A stretch of DNA of 64,000 nucleotides. It comes from Trichoplax adhaerens (Eukaryota > Animalia > Placozoa). The first letter of the stretch is position 1, and each line of letters begins with the position of its first letter. The position numbers and the translations under genes were made by a program. Where the stretch lies: assembly GCF_000150275.1 (NCBI RefSeq), contig NW_002060945.1, forward strand, positions 7,569,684-7,633,683. The letters are read 5' to 3'. Shown in pieces: positions 42,615 through 54,585 of this stretch. The notes under the pieces were generated by a model. The model was not told where the DNA came from, ran no database searches, and saw nothing but the letters and a program-made list of their open reading frames with translations.

Positions 42615-45600
42615 CTAGAATACGTTATCTGAAAAGGAATACAAGTTTACCGATTAAAAAGCTATAACAGCACTGTATATCTATCTTGATTTCCAACTTA
42701 TAACACCTCAACATAATCTAACATAAGAAATTAGTACCCGATGAGCGTAAAACTAAGAATTTCATCAAATCTGATAAGGAGATTATACCCATACAATGTT
42801 GTTGACTATCGACGACAATCAAACGATGCACCTAAAAATCCAGTAAGAACTTATAGATAAGCTTAAAGACAACCTAATTGTATTATTCTACCTATAAGAT
42901 ATTATTTAAAAATTACCTGCTTCTCAACTAGTTTGTTAATGACCGCAGATAAGGTTTCATTAGGATAGCAAACAATAACTCCCTCAAGAGTCTAAGAAAA
43001 GGAAATTACAAATGGCCTTTATAATTTCTTCATCAAATAATATGCTATTGACAAATGCATGAATCTACTTACAGACGATCTTTTCTCTAAGGCCTGTCTG
43101 ACTGTAACATCCAGATTATTGTAAGAGCGACCCTCTGCTAAATTCTAAGCATAAATAAAATATTAAAGAGAAACTAGTCAATTCTCTTGTAGGATGAATA
43201 CCGTATACAATTATATTTAACTCTATGAAGCGCCAGTATTAATATGCAGTGTAAGCTACTTACTAATGCATCAAATTTTGCATAAATGTCCATGACTTTA
43301 CCTATAAAGGAATAATATAGAAGAACAAGTTATAAATTACATCAAGCGTAAAATAATTAATCCTAGTTACTTTTGACCTGCTTCATTGACAATTGGAAGT
43401 GCGGAAATTCTACGCTCCATGATTATGTTATGGGCCACTATTAGAGGTGTATCTGGCGATACCTAATGGTTGATGGTGTAGGTTTGAATTACATTGACCA
43501 GATACATTATAGACAGTGATATTGAGGGTCAATACTTGCAAGCCAGTAAAAATTCAAAAAGCAACATGCTAACAGTTTAGATATTTATATTATATGAATC
43601 ATCTGGCATAATTACCATGGCAACATTTTCATACGTTCCAATTCGAAGTTCCTCTACTGTTTGACTCATATATGAAGGAAATCCCATGTCTGGAAACTAG
43701 AAGGAATAACGGGAAGTCAATAGAGCGATTAAAATTTCTAGATTCTTAGCATAGAACGACGTTAAAGATATTAATTTAGGGATTGATAACCGATATAATC
43801 CTATTTCGTTAACTTACGTGTAGGTATAAAAACCTAATAAGCCGTTTATGTGTTATAATATACAGAACTGCACCAGTAGTCTCGTCAATTATTGGTAATC
43901 GATGAATTTTATGGGTAGTAAGATATTTTACAGCTTCATATAAACTAGAAAAAAATGATTCACTTATAATTAGTACTGTACCACGGCTATGGTATAAATA
44001 ATATAAGTATATACTGTACTCCTTTAATTTAACAGTTATCTATAATTGTAATTAATCAGTTTTCAAAGAACCTTGATTTAGATTAAAGGTTAATTAATAT
44101 TTTGATACCGCATACCTTGCAGATGGTCCAATCGAAATTAATTTGGCATGTTTACTGGATGTCGCTAATTCTGATAAAAAGATAGTTTAGTTAGTAATAG
44201 TACTACTGTACTGAACTCGCTACGTTCGTCACGATTTTCCATTTTATTAATGCACTAGATTAAAAAATTGCTAGTTACTATTCGTACTTTTCCAAGTTTC
44301 AATCCTATGATCTTCTAGTTCGGTAATTTGAATCTAATACAAGGTAAAACAAGTTTATACTAGTGATCTACTTCAGATTCAATTGGCCACTGATATCATA
44401 ATAACAAAGTAAATTAATTGTTATTATTGTAAAGTGTAAGTTATCGTTATGGTTAATACCAAAGGCGATTTATAATAATGGCGTAAAATTTCGATGAAAT
44501 CTGTCACTGTCAACATTCCTACAAAGTATACAACGAAAATATTAACATTTTATAGCTTAGAAATCAGATTATGTTCACTACTGTCAATACTAAAATACTA
44601 CAAGCCATACCAACAAATCGTTGTTCTGATGATGACCATAAAGGGGCAGATCGTATTTCTAGTCAAGGAATAAAAAATAAAATTATACAACACAAAATTA
44701 TCCTTATTACTTTTGGGATCGGTTGTCTTTATCCTGTTATAGGAATTTAGTAAATTGATATAATATTTTTAAAATGAATCGGCATTGTATAATGCCTAAA
44801 AACTGAGATTGATATTAGTTAAAATATGTAAAAATTTTTTACTACCCAGACGGAATAGGAAACAGTCTATTTGAATACGACTGAAATGAGGTATTTAGAA
44901 ATTATTATTTTATTGCAGTAACAAAGCTCGCTAAGACAGCTACATCGTCCATACGATCATACTAACCGTTAGCGACTAGTGCAAAGAAAGCTTTTTTCAT
45001 CTAATACAAAAAACGTAATCGATTCAGTTGCAGTTAGTTCTGAGTTTAGTTAATAAAGCGTGATTATACTGTACTGTCCAATATAAATTTGTATATCTTA
45101 CCGATAACTTGGTATCCAGGGTTACAATTTTGGAGCTAGGAGGAATGAGTTCTTCGCATTTTACAGATTTTAAAAATCTCATATAGTTGTCATCCTCCGA
45201 ATCTACAAAAGAATTCATTCTGAGCTATCATTGGCATGCTGGGTAGATATTGATTACGATTAATTAATTATTAGGATCAGTAATAGGGTTATCATGTTGA
45301 AATAATTCTCTTATGCAAGTTTAGAGTGCAGGTAGGGGTAGATAAGTAATGAATGAGAAATTAAATGCTCCGATGTTACTGTAATGTGATGCAACTAAGG
45401 TTATCCTTCTAGAACGTTATAAAAGGTAGAGCAATTGTCGATAATTAACAATTGTCTAATTTAACTTACAATTAATTCATTCTTACCGTTTTGGTTAGTT
45501 TTTATTATTAATTATCTTGAATACCGTGCTACTACATTACTGTACTATGCATACTATACAATAGCGAGTAAAATAGTGTTTACGATGATAATAATTAAGT

Positions 45601-46642
45601 AGAATTTATAATCTGAGGACTTGCCTTGTAAAATCATCCTTTCAACTTGAGTGCGAGAATTCTAAGTGTAAAAACAAAGTGTAAGAGGCGGCCGCATGTT
45701 GATAATAAAATCATCAAGGTGATCATAATATAAAAATATTGACGAGGTAGAAGCAATTCATAAGAGTTTCCATGAGAAAAAAAACGTATCAATGATCTAG
45801 GTAGGTCAATTCATTATTGTAGCGAGTTGATAAAATAAAAAAATAAATAAAACTGATGATATAGCTTGGTGTTGACTCGGTAATTGCGCATTTTTATACA
45901 GATAGTAAAGCACCGTAAGAACTGATAATAAGATACAGAATAGGGTAATGTAATTCTACTTTGGCGCAAATTAGTTATCCAATAAAATCATTAGATATTT
46001 GAATCGATTGTATTAGTGATAACTTGTGAACATTCTCACAAGACAACTACAATTTTCACAGTCTTTCTTGAAAATAGAAAAGTGAGAGAAAGTTGATAAA
46101 AGTGCACTGAACTAATCGATGAATGCCCATATTCAAATAAAGTTATGATTTTATTACAGAAATTGTGATGCATGTAGCATTAAGTGATAGCATACAGTCC
46201 AGTTTCTAAAAACTGTTCTGTACTGTAAAAGACTGCTATCTTTCATTAGTATAACTTTAAAAGTCAACATTATTTTAGGAATGATCAGAAAAGAAGAAAA
46301 AAAAAGGATAGCGGTCAAGATGTGCTCGTATGAGTTGTTGCATTCAAGTTGAACTACAATTACTACGATGAAAATATAGAGTACCTTAACTTCTTCTGTT
46401 TCCATTTCATCATCTTCGATGTTTTGTAAATCCGAAGGTACATAGGCCCTTAAGTTGGGTTTTTCACCTGGATCCGATCGAGATCGTGCTAGCAATCTTT
46501 CAGATGGGGATGAATCATGAACAGACTGAGAACGTCGGTTACCGGAATTGGTTTTATGAGCAAGTTTATGGGCTGTTTTTTTGGTAGGTGATTTGACCTT
46601 AGCATTGGATGGATCCACATCGGTATCATCAAATACCGGCAT
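42615..46642 (-). CDS. PRKAG: 5'-AMP-activated protein kinase gamma subunit (four CBS repeats), multi-exon
   Basis: [16 protein letters not shown]|[11 protein letters not shown]|[68 protein letters not shown]...[12 protein letters not shown]. Probable last micro-exon DNVF* ending at 42615; upstream 5' exons are possible. Confidence 0.92.
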
Positions 46643-48123
46643 AGCAAATTTGCTGAGATCCTATTGTCAAGAAAGGTACATTAATAAAATTGGATAATGC
46701 TTAGGTTTATTGCTGCTACTCTGTCTCATCACGTTGTCCAATATTGGATTAGAAGACTTTTGATTACAGTACTAAAGATGGTCAAAATAGAGTGTGTGTG
46801 TGTGTAGCAGGCTATTGCAAATTTCAATCCACTAAATACACCTCGGGAATCTTGTGAGTGGGATAGATTGTGACATCTATCGTGTGCTCATGGTTTGGAC
46901 TAAACTAAAATGCGTCATCAAGGACTATCAACAAGGCAGCAGGTATCCTGTCAATTGATATTTCTCTCCTCTCAGTAGAAGAGGATCAACATGCATTGGA
47001 TCGCTATCCATGAAGGTGAGAACGTATGTTGTTATGCCTGGACATGATTGCAAAGGGACATATCTTCTATCACTTTCCATGCAGTACGTCGATACTTGTA
47101 TGGAAGAGTGTTGTAGGAAAATGGTGGCGCAAACATCTATCGAAAGGTAAAAATGACCAACTACGGTGATAACGTACGTGATGAGAATTCCATTGTGGAC
47201 GAATAGTCAATAGTACAGTAATTTCTTGCCCACATTCAGCGTGGTTAAGCTAAGTATGCATTTAATTGATGCTATCATGCCTATTCTTACATCATCTTCT
47301 CCTATTTCCATTGGATCGAGTTCGTGGTCATCCATGATGTTGTAGACCTTTGGTAGTCCAACCTAGAATAACATACGTCCATTTTGAAATGCTGAGTACT
47401 AGGATGCATCAATTGCTCTATTGCAGTGTCCATCCAGCCAACCTGGTTGAAATGGACAGTCATTATGATACTACCACTACTACTATAGACAATGTTGTAT
47501 CAAGAAATAGACATGAATTTGCCATTTTTCTATCTCCTTTATTTGCTATCTACTCGTCTCTATCCTATCCTTAAAGTCTATGCAATGATTGTATGGCTGC
47601 ATTAGCAATCGTCGAGCTCGCTGTGGAGAAAGAGTTAGCACGCTCGATCGACCTACCTGACTTTTCTTGTCGACGATCTAATATTCAACAAGCAATTGCA
47701 ATTAGAGCTGTAGCAGCAACAACAGTCAATAATGGAGCATAGAATGGAATAAATCCTACTTAGGATGGAGAGTTTTGATTCTGCAAATAAATTGCCTCTT
47801 GAAAATTGCAATTCCTTAACTCTGTCAACGACATGGAAAGGGAATAGAGAGCAATGTTTTCAACATCCCCGCTGGGTCTTTCTGTCGTAGCGTCATCGAC
47901 TTCCAACTCGCTGATGGATGGAGCACTCGACTGGATGTTGGTATGGACGCTCTAGGACAGACCGAGGTTACGGACTCGAACTGTGTGGAACAAAGTGGCC
48001 ATCGTCGTGTGATGGTTGATTGACGTTTGCAAGGGTAATGGATGAAACATTGCCAATACGAGTAGGGTATTGTATCAAGTTATTTGCATATCTTGTGGAG
48101 GACTCGATAAATTTCATGTTGGC

Positions 48124-48670
48124 ACAGTAGTCGGTAATTACAGTACAGTGTACAGTGTACAGTGCACAGCGTACTGCGTACTGTAGTAAGTATTATGGAC
48201 TGTACAGTAGAGTACAGTACTGTACAGTACAGTAGTAACTGTGATGACTTACTGTATTGTACAGTGTACTGTACAGTAATACAGAGTGTACAGTACACTG
48301 ATTGCCATGCTACGGTACGGTACGTCACGTCACAGCCAAAGCTTTAAACTGGGTACAGTAGTCGGTATTTACAGTACAGTGTACAGTGTACAGTGTACTG
48401 TAGTATACTGTAGTATTATGGACTGTACAGTACGTAGAGTACTGTACAACTGTACTGTACTGTAATAACTGTGATGACTTACAAGTACAGTACAGTACTG
48501 TACTGTACTGTACAATGTACTGTACAGTGTACAGTACATAGAGCGTCAGGCTTAGGGTTAGGATCCACCACACGAGCAGTGCATGACTTGATAGTACTGT
48601 ACTGTACAGTATAGTACTGTACAGTACAGTACTGTACACTGCTTGCCATGCTACGGTACGGTACGTCACG
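48124..48670. repeat. Duplicated TACAGTAC-rich unit (~48124-48330 and ~48357-48670) between PRKAG and the snoRNA host gene
   Basis: Both units start cagtagtcggta(a/t)ttacagtacagtgtacagtgtacagtg, contain gtattatggactgtacagta and aactgtgatgacttac, and end ttgccatgctacggtacggtacgtcacg. Confidence 0.85.
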
Positions 48671-48726
48671 GAACAGCAAAAGCTTTAAATATTGCAACCA
48701 GCCTCTTGGCAGTTCACTTCTCCGCG

Positions 48727-48782
48727 CACGTGGCTCTCTAATCAGTCTATCTTGTTGCGCTCCTCTTCGTTTCGTTTTTCCT
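48727..48782 (+). promoter_or_regulatory. E-box CACGTG followed by a 5'TOP/TCT-like pyrimidine tract; candidate host-gene start
   Basis: CACGTG at 48727-48732; tcctcttcgtttcgtttttcc at 48761-48781, about 80-100 nt before the first gtaagt donor (48860). Confidence 0.5.
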
Positions 48783-49084
48783 GGATTGAGGCAAATGTGG
48801 CAAAAAGAAAAAGAAAACGCCATGGTAGAGAAGAAATGGGCCTGTAGGACTAGCCAATGGTAAGTAGATTTCCTCGACAGTCAACCTAGTAGAAGCTGCA
48901 GAAGTAGACAGTAGGAGACGTCTTTTCCACCTTGAAAAAAGTCTTGAAATGCTGACCAGTCATGCCTCTCCTCGGAGGTCCATGACGCTTCAGTTTTTGT
49001 CTTTTTCATCGTCATGCTTGCAGCGTCATTCGTAGCGATCTCTGCTAGTGGAGCATGCTATCTGTACCATGTCATGTTCTCTTC

Positions 49085-49154
49085 TGATATGATGATGTTG
49101 TATGTGATTCCCCATCAGACTATGTTATGACGACATGCAACAAATTCTGATTCC
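49085..49154 (+). ncRNA. Candidate box C/D snoRNA, intron 1
   Basis: Box C ATGATGA 49089-49095, D' CAGA 49116-49119, C' ATGACGA ~49127-49133, box D CTGA 49147-49150. Terminal stem is weak. Confidence 0.55.
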
Positions 49155-49524
49155 ATCAATGCCTTGACCTTAAAAGGCAATATCCAAATAGCTTGCTTCC
49201 AGTCATGCTTCAATTAAATAGCAAATTATTTCTGTTCTTACCTAGGTAATGCTATCGTCATGATGGAGAAAGCTTTCGCTGCAGCGGTCCACCAAAGATG
49301 AAAGATAATGGTCTATGAGACAAGAGCTAAACGCAATTTTCCATGACAAAAAACGTGCCATGGCCTTGCAAGGGTGAATGATGGATGCATGCATCTTCCA
49401 ACTCTTTGCGTCGACCGACTACGTTATTAAAGTAGCGTCTTTGTCGGCTGTGATCTTAACATGCTTGGATAGGCAGTGTAAGTGTCAATACAGTAGCATG
49501 TAAAACTCGATAGTGCAACCGATT

Positions 49525-49619
49525 TTTGGGTAAATGATGACTATACCTTTTTTCCCCTTCTTATCGATATATGACGACGTTTTCACTTTAATTTTAAGCC
49601 AGTGACTACTGATCCCAAA
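49525..49619 (+). ncRNA. Box C/D snoRNA, intron 2 (target unassigned)
   Basis: Terminal stem TTTGGG/CCCAAA; box C ATGATGA 49534-49540; C' ATGACGA 49571-49577; box D CTGA 49609-49612. Confidence 0.75.
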
Positions 49620-49893
49620 TTATCCAATGATATTGAATCCTATTATTTGTTCACATTTCTGGTACTTGCTGATCAACTAAACTAGGTCATTTTATTACTA
49701 CCCGTACTCTTTAGGATCAGCCTTTCCACAAATAGTCATGCGTAAAGAAACATTGAAGCAAGTGAATTCCAACAGCTGTTGTGTTAGATGGTTACCATGA
49801 ATTGAGGTATGTAGAAAAGCACACCGTGACATAGATCATTTTAGTAATGCATCACGCCTTTTGATTGTACACTGTTCAGTACATTTCTGATGC

Positions 49894-49997
49894 AAATCGA
49901 TGATGAAGATTTGCCGAAATTCGCAGTTTCCAACCGAGGTTGGGTAGTTGCCAGCTACACAACCTGTGATGGCATATTCCTTGGATGTCTGAGATTT
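49894..49997 (+). ncRNA. SNORD14: U14 (SNORD14) box C/D snoRNA, intron 3
   Basis: Terminal stem AAATC/GATTT; box C ATGATGA 49900-49906; domain A ATTCGCAGTTTC; domain B TTCCTTGGATGT directly before box D CTGA (49989-49992). Both are the conserved 18S-complementary elements of U14. Confidence 0.92.
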
Positions 49998-51033
49998 GCT
50001 ACAACAGTGTACACGTAGACATACTGTATAGTGCCGTATTTACTAGCTTGCGATGATGCAGTTGCTCTTGGACTACTCTTGACAAATTTGAATACGTTAT
50101 TTCTGTATGTCATGTGCGTATCAATGTACTGTGTAGCTGGAGTTCGAAAATAGGTACTTGTTAGGCGTAGGTGATTAATATCTATATGCTTGGAATGTAT
50201 TCTATATTGCTATAGGCAGTGGTGAAAGCCGACATTGGAGGTACAAGACAATTCGTAATTACCAAGATCGTTTTTGGTACGTTACTGACATTTCTTGAGG
50301 CGTGATTACTGCAGACAGCCTGACAAATTGAATTGCACAGAGTAGGGTGGGGTGAAGGACCCATTCTGTCATTAATCAATACTAATTGTACCTATTAGTC
50401 AGTTTGTTGCCGTAAACTGTTTGTACAATGAATAAAATATTGATGCTATAAACAATAAATATGTACAAGCACGTCAATCAGAAATGCAATAAAGTTAGTT
50501 TGAAATCAATGAAACTCGTGTAGTACATTGCTGCTATTTCAAAGAACGAAACGTTCTACGACTGATTTTATGAACAACTAAAACGGATGTGTGCTCTGCA
50601 TGCGTGACTACTGGTCGTTTATGCACATCATGATAATCAGTGAGTAAAAACAGCACTAGAAGAAATTGTGTATTGAAATATGAATAAGCGTACTTTATTA
50701 CATGCTAATATTGGTAGATACCATAGTAATAAAATAAATATTACTGATTCTTACAAATTAATACGTACAAAAATGATTACATTATTACACAATGTACCGC
50801 AAATAATACAGGATTTAGTAGTGAAACGCTACATTTGCATTGCTAGGCATGCACTGCATGGACTAGAATGATATCAGTAAAAGTTCATTTACAGTCAATA
50901 TAATACGGCCATTTTCTCCGCATTATTACAAAGATTTTAGTAGGAGTCTTATGTCCAGTCCAGGACAATATAGAGTATAAGCAAGTCACTTTACAAAAAT
51001 GAGCTATGATACAATTTGAGATTTAATTCAAGT

Positions 51034-53696
51034 TTAATCTTGATGAGGCTTGTATAAATCTTCATACTGCAAAGGAAAAAAAGATGTTCATTAGCAATCT
51101 CGATAGCAGTTGGAAATTTTAGCATTTTAATCGTACGTATACATCAATGTCAACAGATAATCTTACCACAACAAGTTGTCTCCCAATATTTCCAATTGTA
51201 AGTCCACCTGAGAAATAAATCGACGGTAGCCAAGACTTGACAGATAACAAATCTGGCTCATTGTAACTGATAAAAGGCGAAAATTTACACTTCGTTAGCT
51301 TACTATAGAGCAACGCATTTTGCATGCTTTTAGCCAATGCTAGTAATAGTAAATGTTGATAGAGTGACAATTACCTAAAGACACCATTTGAGACTAAAAT
51401 TTGATTAAAGCCCGTAGCAACAACAGCCGATAGCATGGCCAAGAAAAGACCAGTTCGAGTGCGATCGTATAACCACCACAAACAAAGTGACATTGCCGAT
51501 ACCCAGAATGTTAGCTGAGCAGGTGTTGAAAAATTAAGTGTCTATATGGGAAAGAATCAACGAGCACATTAAAAATACACGTCCATTTGCGAGATTAACT
51601 TTAAGGTGTTGACATTCTTGTACAATAGAAATGAATTGCAAATCGACAGATGTGTAAAAACTACGATAACGGAAAAGGTGCACCGAGCAGTGTATTATAT
51701 TATTGTATTGATACAGGGTCATTGAGCAATATAGTTACTGTCAATATGCAGGCATCCAAATTTGTATATACTGTATAATGTACAGTATCATATTGTGAAT
51801 GTTTTTTGTCGCATATTCAATATACGCGTAGAGCGGTATCCACTGTGTCCTGACACTGTAATATGTGAGAAGAACACCAATCATGAAGTTTACATTAGTG
51901 TGCCTGTTGATTTGCTTGTGCTGTAACACCGTCAATTAGGGCATAACTGACTGAAACTTGCAGGTAAGACAAGTTACTTCTAGTTAACGTATAACATAAC
52001 ATTAGATGAAACTGTGTCGAAAGAATTTAGTTCAACAGCCATTTCGACCATATTCCGTAGATCACGAGAATATTTTAGTACAACTATTTCGACTATATTC
52101 CGTAGATCACGAGAATATTTTAGTACAACCATTTCGATTATATTCCGTAGATCAAGAGAATATTTTAGTAGAACTATTTCGACTATATTCCGTAGATCAC
52201 GAGAATATTTTAGTACAACCATTTCGACTATATTCCGTAGATCACGAGAATATTTTAGTACAACCATTTCGACTATATTCCGTAGATCACGAGAATATTT
52301 TAGTACAACCATTTCGACTATATTCCGTAGATCACGAGAATATTTTAGTACAACCATTTCGACTATATTCCGTAGATCACAAATATAGTTATTTTAGTAG
52401 AAGTTGATGCAAATTAGCGCAAGACCGCACTGCACTCACGTGATAGTGGGTGCGGACTTTGCGTCATAAAGGATTCACCTACGGTATTGCAGTATCAAAC
52501 AGTGTACTGTTCCGTACATTACCTACACTCCCATAGCGAGAGTTGAAAAGATCATTTAGAAGCGTAGATATACGCTACAATAGCATAATAACATGTAGTG
52601 GATCGCTTTAGTGTAAACTGCCCTTCCACGACGCTATTTAACCCTTCATTAATTCAACATTTTCATCGATTAGGTTGGGAACAGAGACTCAACTATTTGC
52701 GTCAAAACACAAAAACAATCGCAGTTTGTACTAGTCCATGAACACTACATAGCATTCTTGTGTAGTATAATAATGATCAAGCAATTGAATAAAACGTCTC
52801 TTCCATCATGATGACGTGTATATTGATCATGGATCAATCAAAATCGAAATGTTGTAGTACAACTTGAGATGATGATGTTGACTAATAACATCATCATTCT
52901 GATCGCATAACTTGAGATGATGATGTTGACTAATAACATCATTCTGATCGTCTAACTGGAGATGATGATGCTGACTAATGACATCATCATTTCTGATCGT
53001 ATAACTTGAGACGTTGATGTTGACTAATATCATCATCATTTTGATCGTAAAACTTGAAATGATGATGTTGACTCATGACATCATTATTCTGATTGTATTA
53101 CTTGAGATGATGATGCGGACTAACAACATCATTATTCTGATCGTGAAATTACAATCCTGTTGATATTCAACAATAACATGCTAGTAAAACACTGTAATAA
53201 TACTAAGCGATTAGTCGTGGCAAAGGTTTTCAAACTTGTGTCTTACTACTAGCAGAAGAAGTACATGAATGACTGTATGTCGAAAAAAAGCATCAGAAGT
53301 AAAGAGGACACTAGGAAAGAGAACGGCATAACCTATACGGCAGATTCAACTTACAGCGGCAGCGTGATTAATTCCTATCCATAAAGCAGTACAACGCATT
53401 ATACTTGTCCACTCGTTCTTGATTTTAGGAGATTCACCTAAATGATGATCTGCACAAGGAAATGCCAATCCAATCAATACAGCACCAGTACCATATGATG
53501 GCAGCATCCACCAAGTAGACATTGATAGGCCAAACAAAGCGAGGCCTGACAGGACGTCTCGCGAAAAAGCGGCTACATTACGTTGAACTTGTAAGACATT
53601 CAGTACAAGAGCGAATATGACACCAATGAAAAACAAGGCAATGACTATTCGAAGCCAAGGAACTAGTGCCGAACGAAGTGATTTGACGTTGGTCAT
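51034..53696 (-). CDS. INSIG: Insulin-induced gene protein INSIG; four exons (~53696-53355, 51541-51375, ~51266-51167, ~51066-51034)
   Basis: LFFIGVIFALVLNVLQVQR, WWMLPSYGTGAVLIGLAFPCAD, KIKNEWTSIMRC...GINHAAA|TLNF, LWWLYDRTRTG, VKSWLPSIYFSGGLTIGNIGRQL, C-terminal KPHQD* (KxHxx-type ER retrieval signal). Confidence 0.95.
52022..52399. repeat. 45-bp minisatellite, about 8 copies, in INSIG intron 1
   Basis: Unit ccatttcgactatattccgtagatcacgagaatattttagtacaa, nearly perfect, with no spacers. Confidence 0.95.
52861..53144. repeat. 45-49-bp hairpin-containing tandem repeat, six copies, in INSIG intron 1
   Basis: Unit aacttgagatgatgatgttgactaataacatcatcattctgatcg with the internal inverted repeat atgatgatgtt/aacatcatcat. 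Confidence 0.9.
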
Positions 53697-54585
53697 GATT
53701 GTGCATAAAGACAGTAAGCGTTGACCAGATTTCGTTTTCGTTATTTGACAATGTTTTCTATTACGCTGATGACTCTCTAACGAGCCTATACCACAATGAA
53801 TAGTAAGTAATATCCAATGTTATGACAGCAAAGATAGTGTCCAGTTTACATGTTACTTATTGCAATTATCTACTGATGAGAATTAGAAATGGAAGTATTT
53901 CCAACATGATAGCAATAACAAACTTGCCTTACTGCTGATGTCAATTACAGTACAGCAAATTCTATTCTATGATTATTACACTACAAGTGACGTGCAGTCC
54001 ATATCAGAATCTTCCGTTGACCAAAGTATCTACTGTACAAACGGTAGATGATCATTCCAGAGCTACACTACTGTAGGTCTATGGACTAAGTTTGATTTTT
54101 CCAGCTGTTGTAGGCTAGTGAATCTTCAATTTCTGTTGCAATATCGTACAGCATTATTATTATATTCAAAATCAACGCAAGGCATACAGTACTGTATATG
54201 TAAAGTATCCACTGCAAGCTCTTCCATAAAGAAATTTCGACAGCGTTTCACTTACGTAATTTGATCCTTTTGCCAATCAAAGTATTCAATTCAAGCTAAA
54301 AAGCCAAGTAAAATGGATTGATTGATTTTGCCTTGAAGGTTGATATATGGAGTAGAAACCGAGTAGACTAGAGCGTGTTGACATCGGTGTCAAGGCAGAC
54401 TGTGATTGCAGTATGCCAACTATTCGATCCTAATGGTCGCTATGGTAGTGTCCAAGTCAGTAACATCTGATTGATCTGCTGATACTCGTTGGAAAAATTG
54501 TTGGAAAGAGTGATACGGTAATCAAACAGGGCATCCATTCTTTTAGTCAGGTGATCAGTGGTGTAACCATTGGATTGGATGGGTG

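Larger units (their letters stand above)
48761..50493 (+). ncRNA. Spliced non-coding snoRNA host gene (GAS5/SNHG-like)
   Basis: Donors at 48860 (gtaagt), 49478 (gtaagt), 49807 (gtatgt), 50153 and 50241; acceptors near 49245, 49714, 50046, 50215 and 50314. Exon 49715-49806 has stops in all three frames. C/D snoRNA structures lie in introns 1-3; AATAAA at 50431, 50453 and 50488. Confidence 0.7.

Noticed and set aside
48080-48863. Tyr/Ser/Thr/Val/Cys-rich ORFs (also 32310-32546 and 54440-54782)
   Set aside because: Artefacts of TACAGTAC low-complexity DNA.
49880-50013. Apparent + strand coding exon (TFLMQIDDEDLPKF...)
   Set aside because: It overlaps the U14 snoRNA, and the preceding exon has stops in every frame.
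52022-52399. CRISPR-like array or repeat-protein ORFs (51980-52407)
   Set aside because: Units are contiguous with no unique spacers, no cas genes are present and the site is a eukaryotic intron. The ORFs arise because a 45-bp unit stays in frame.
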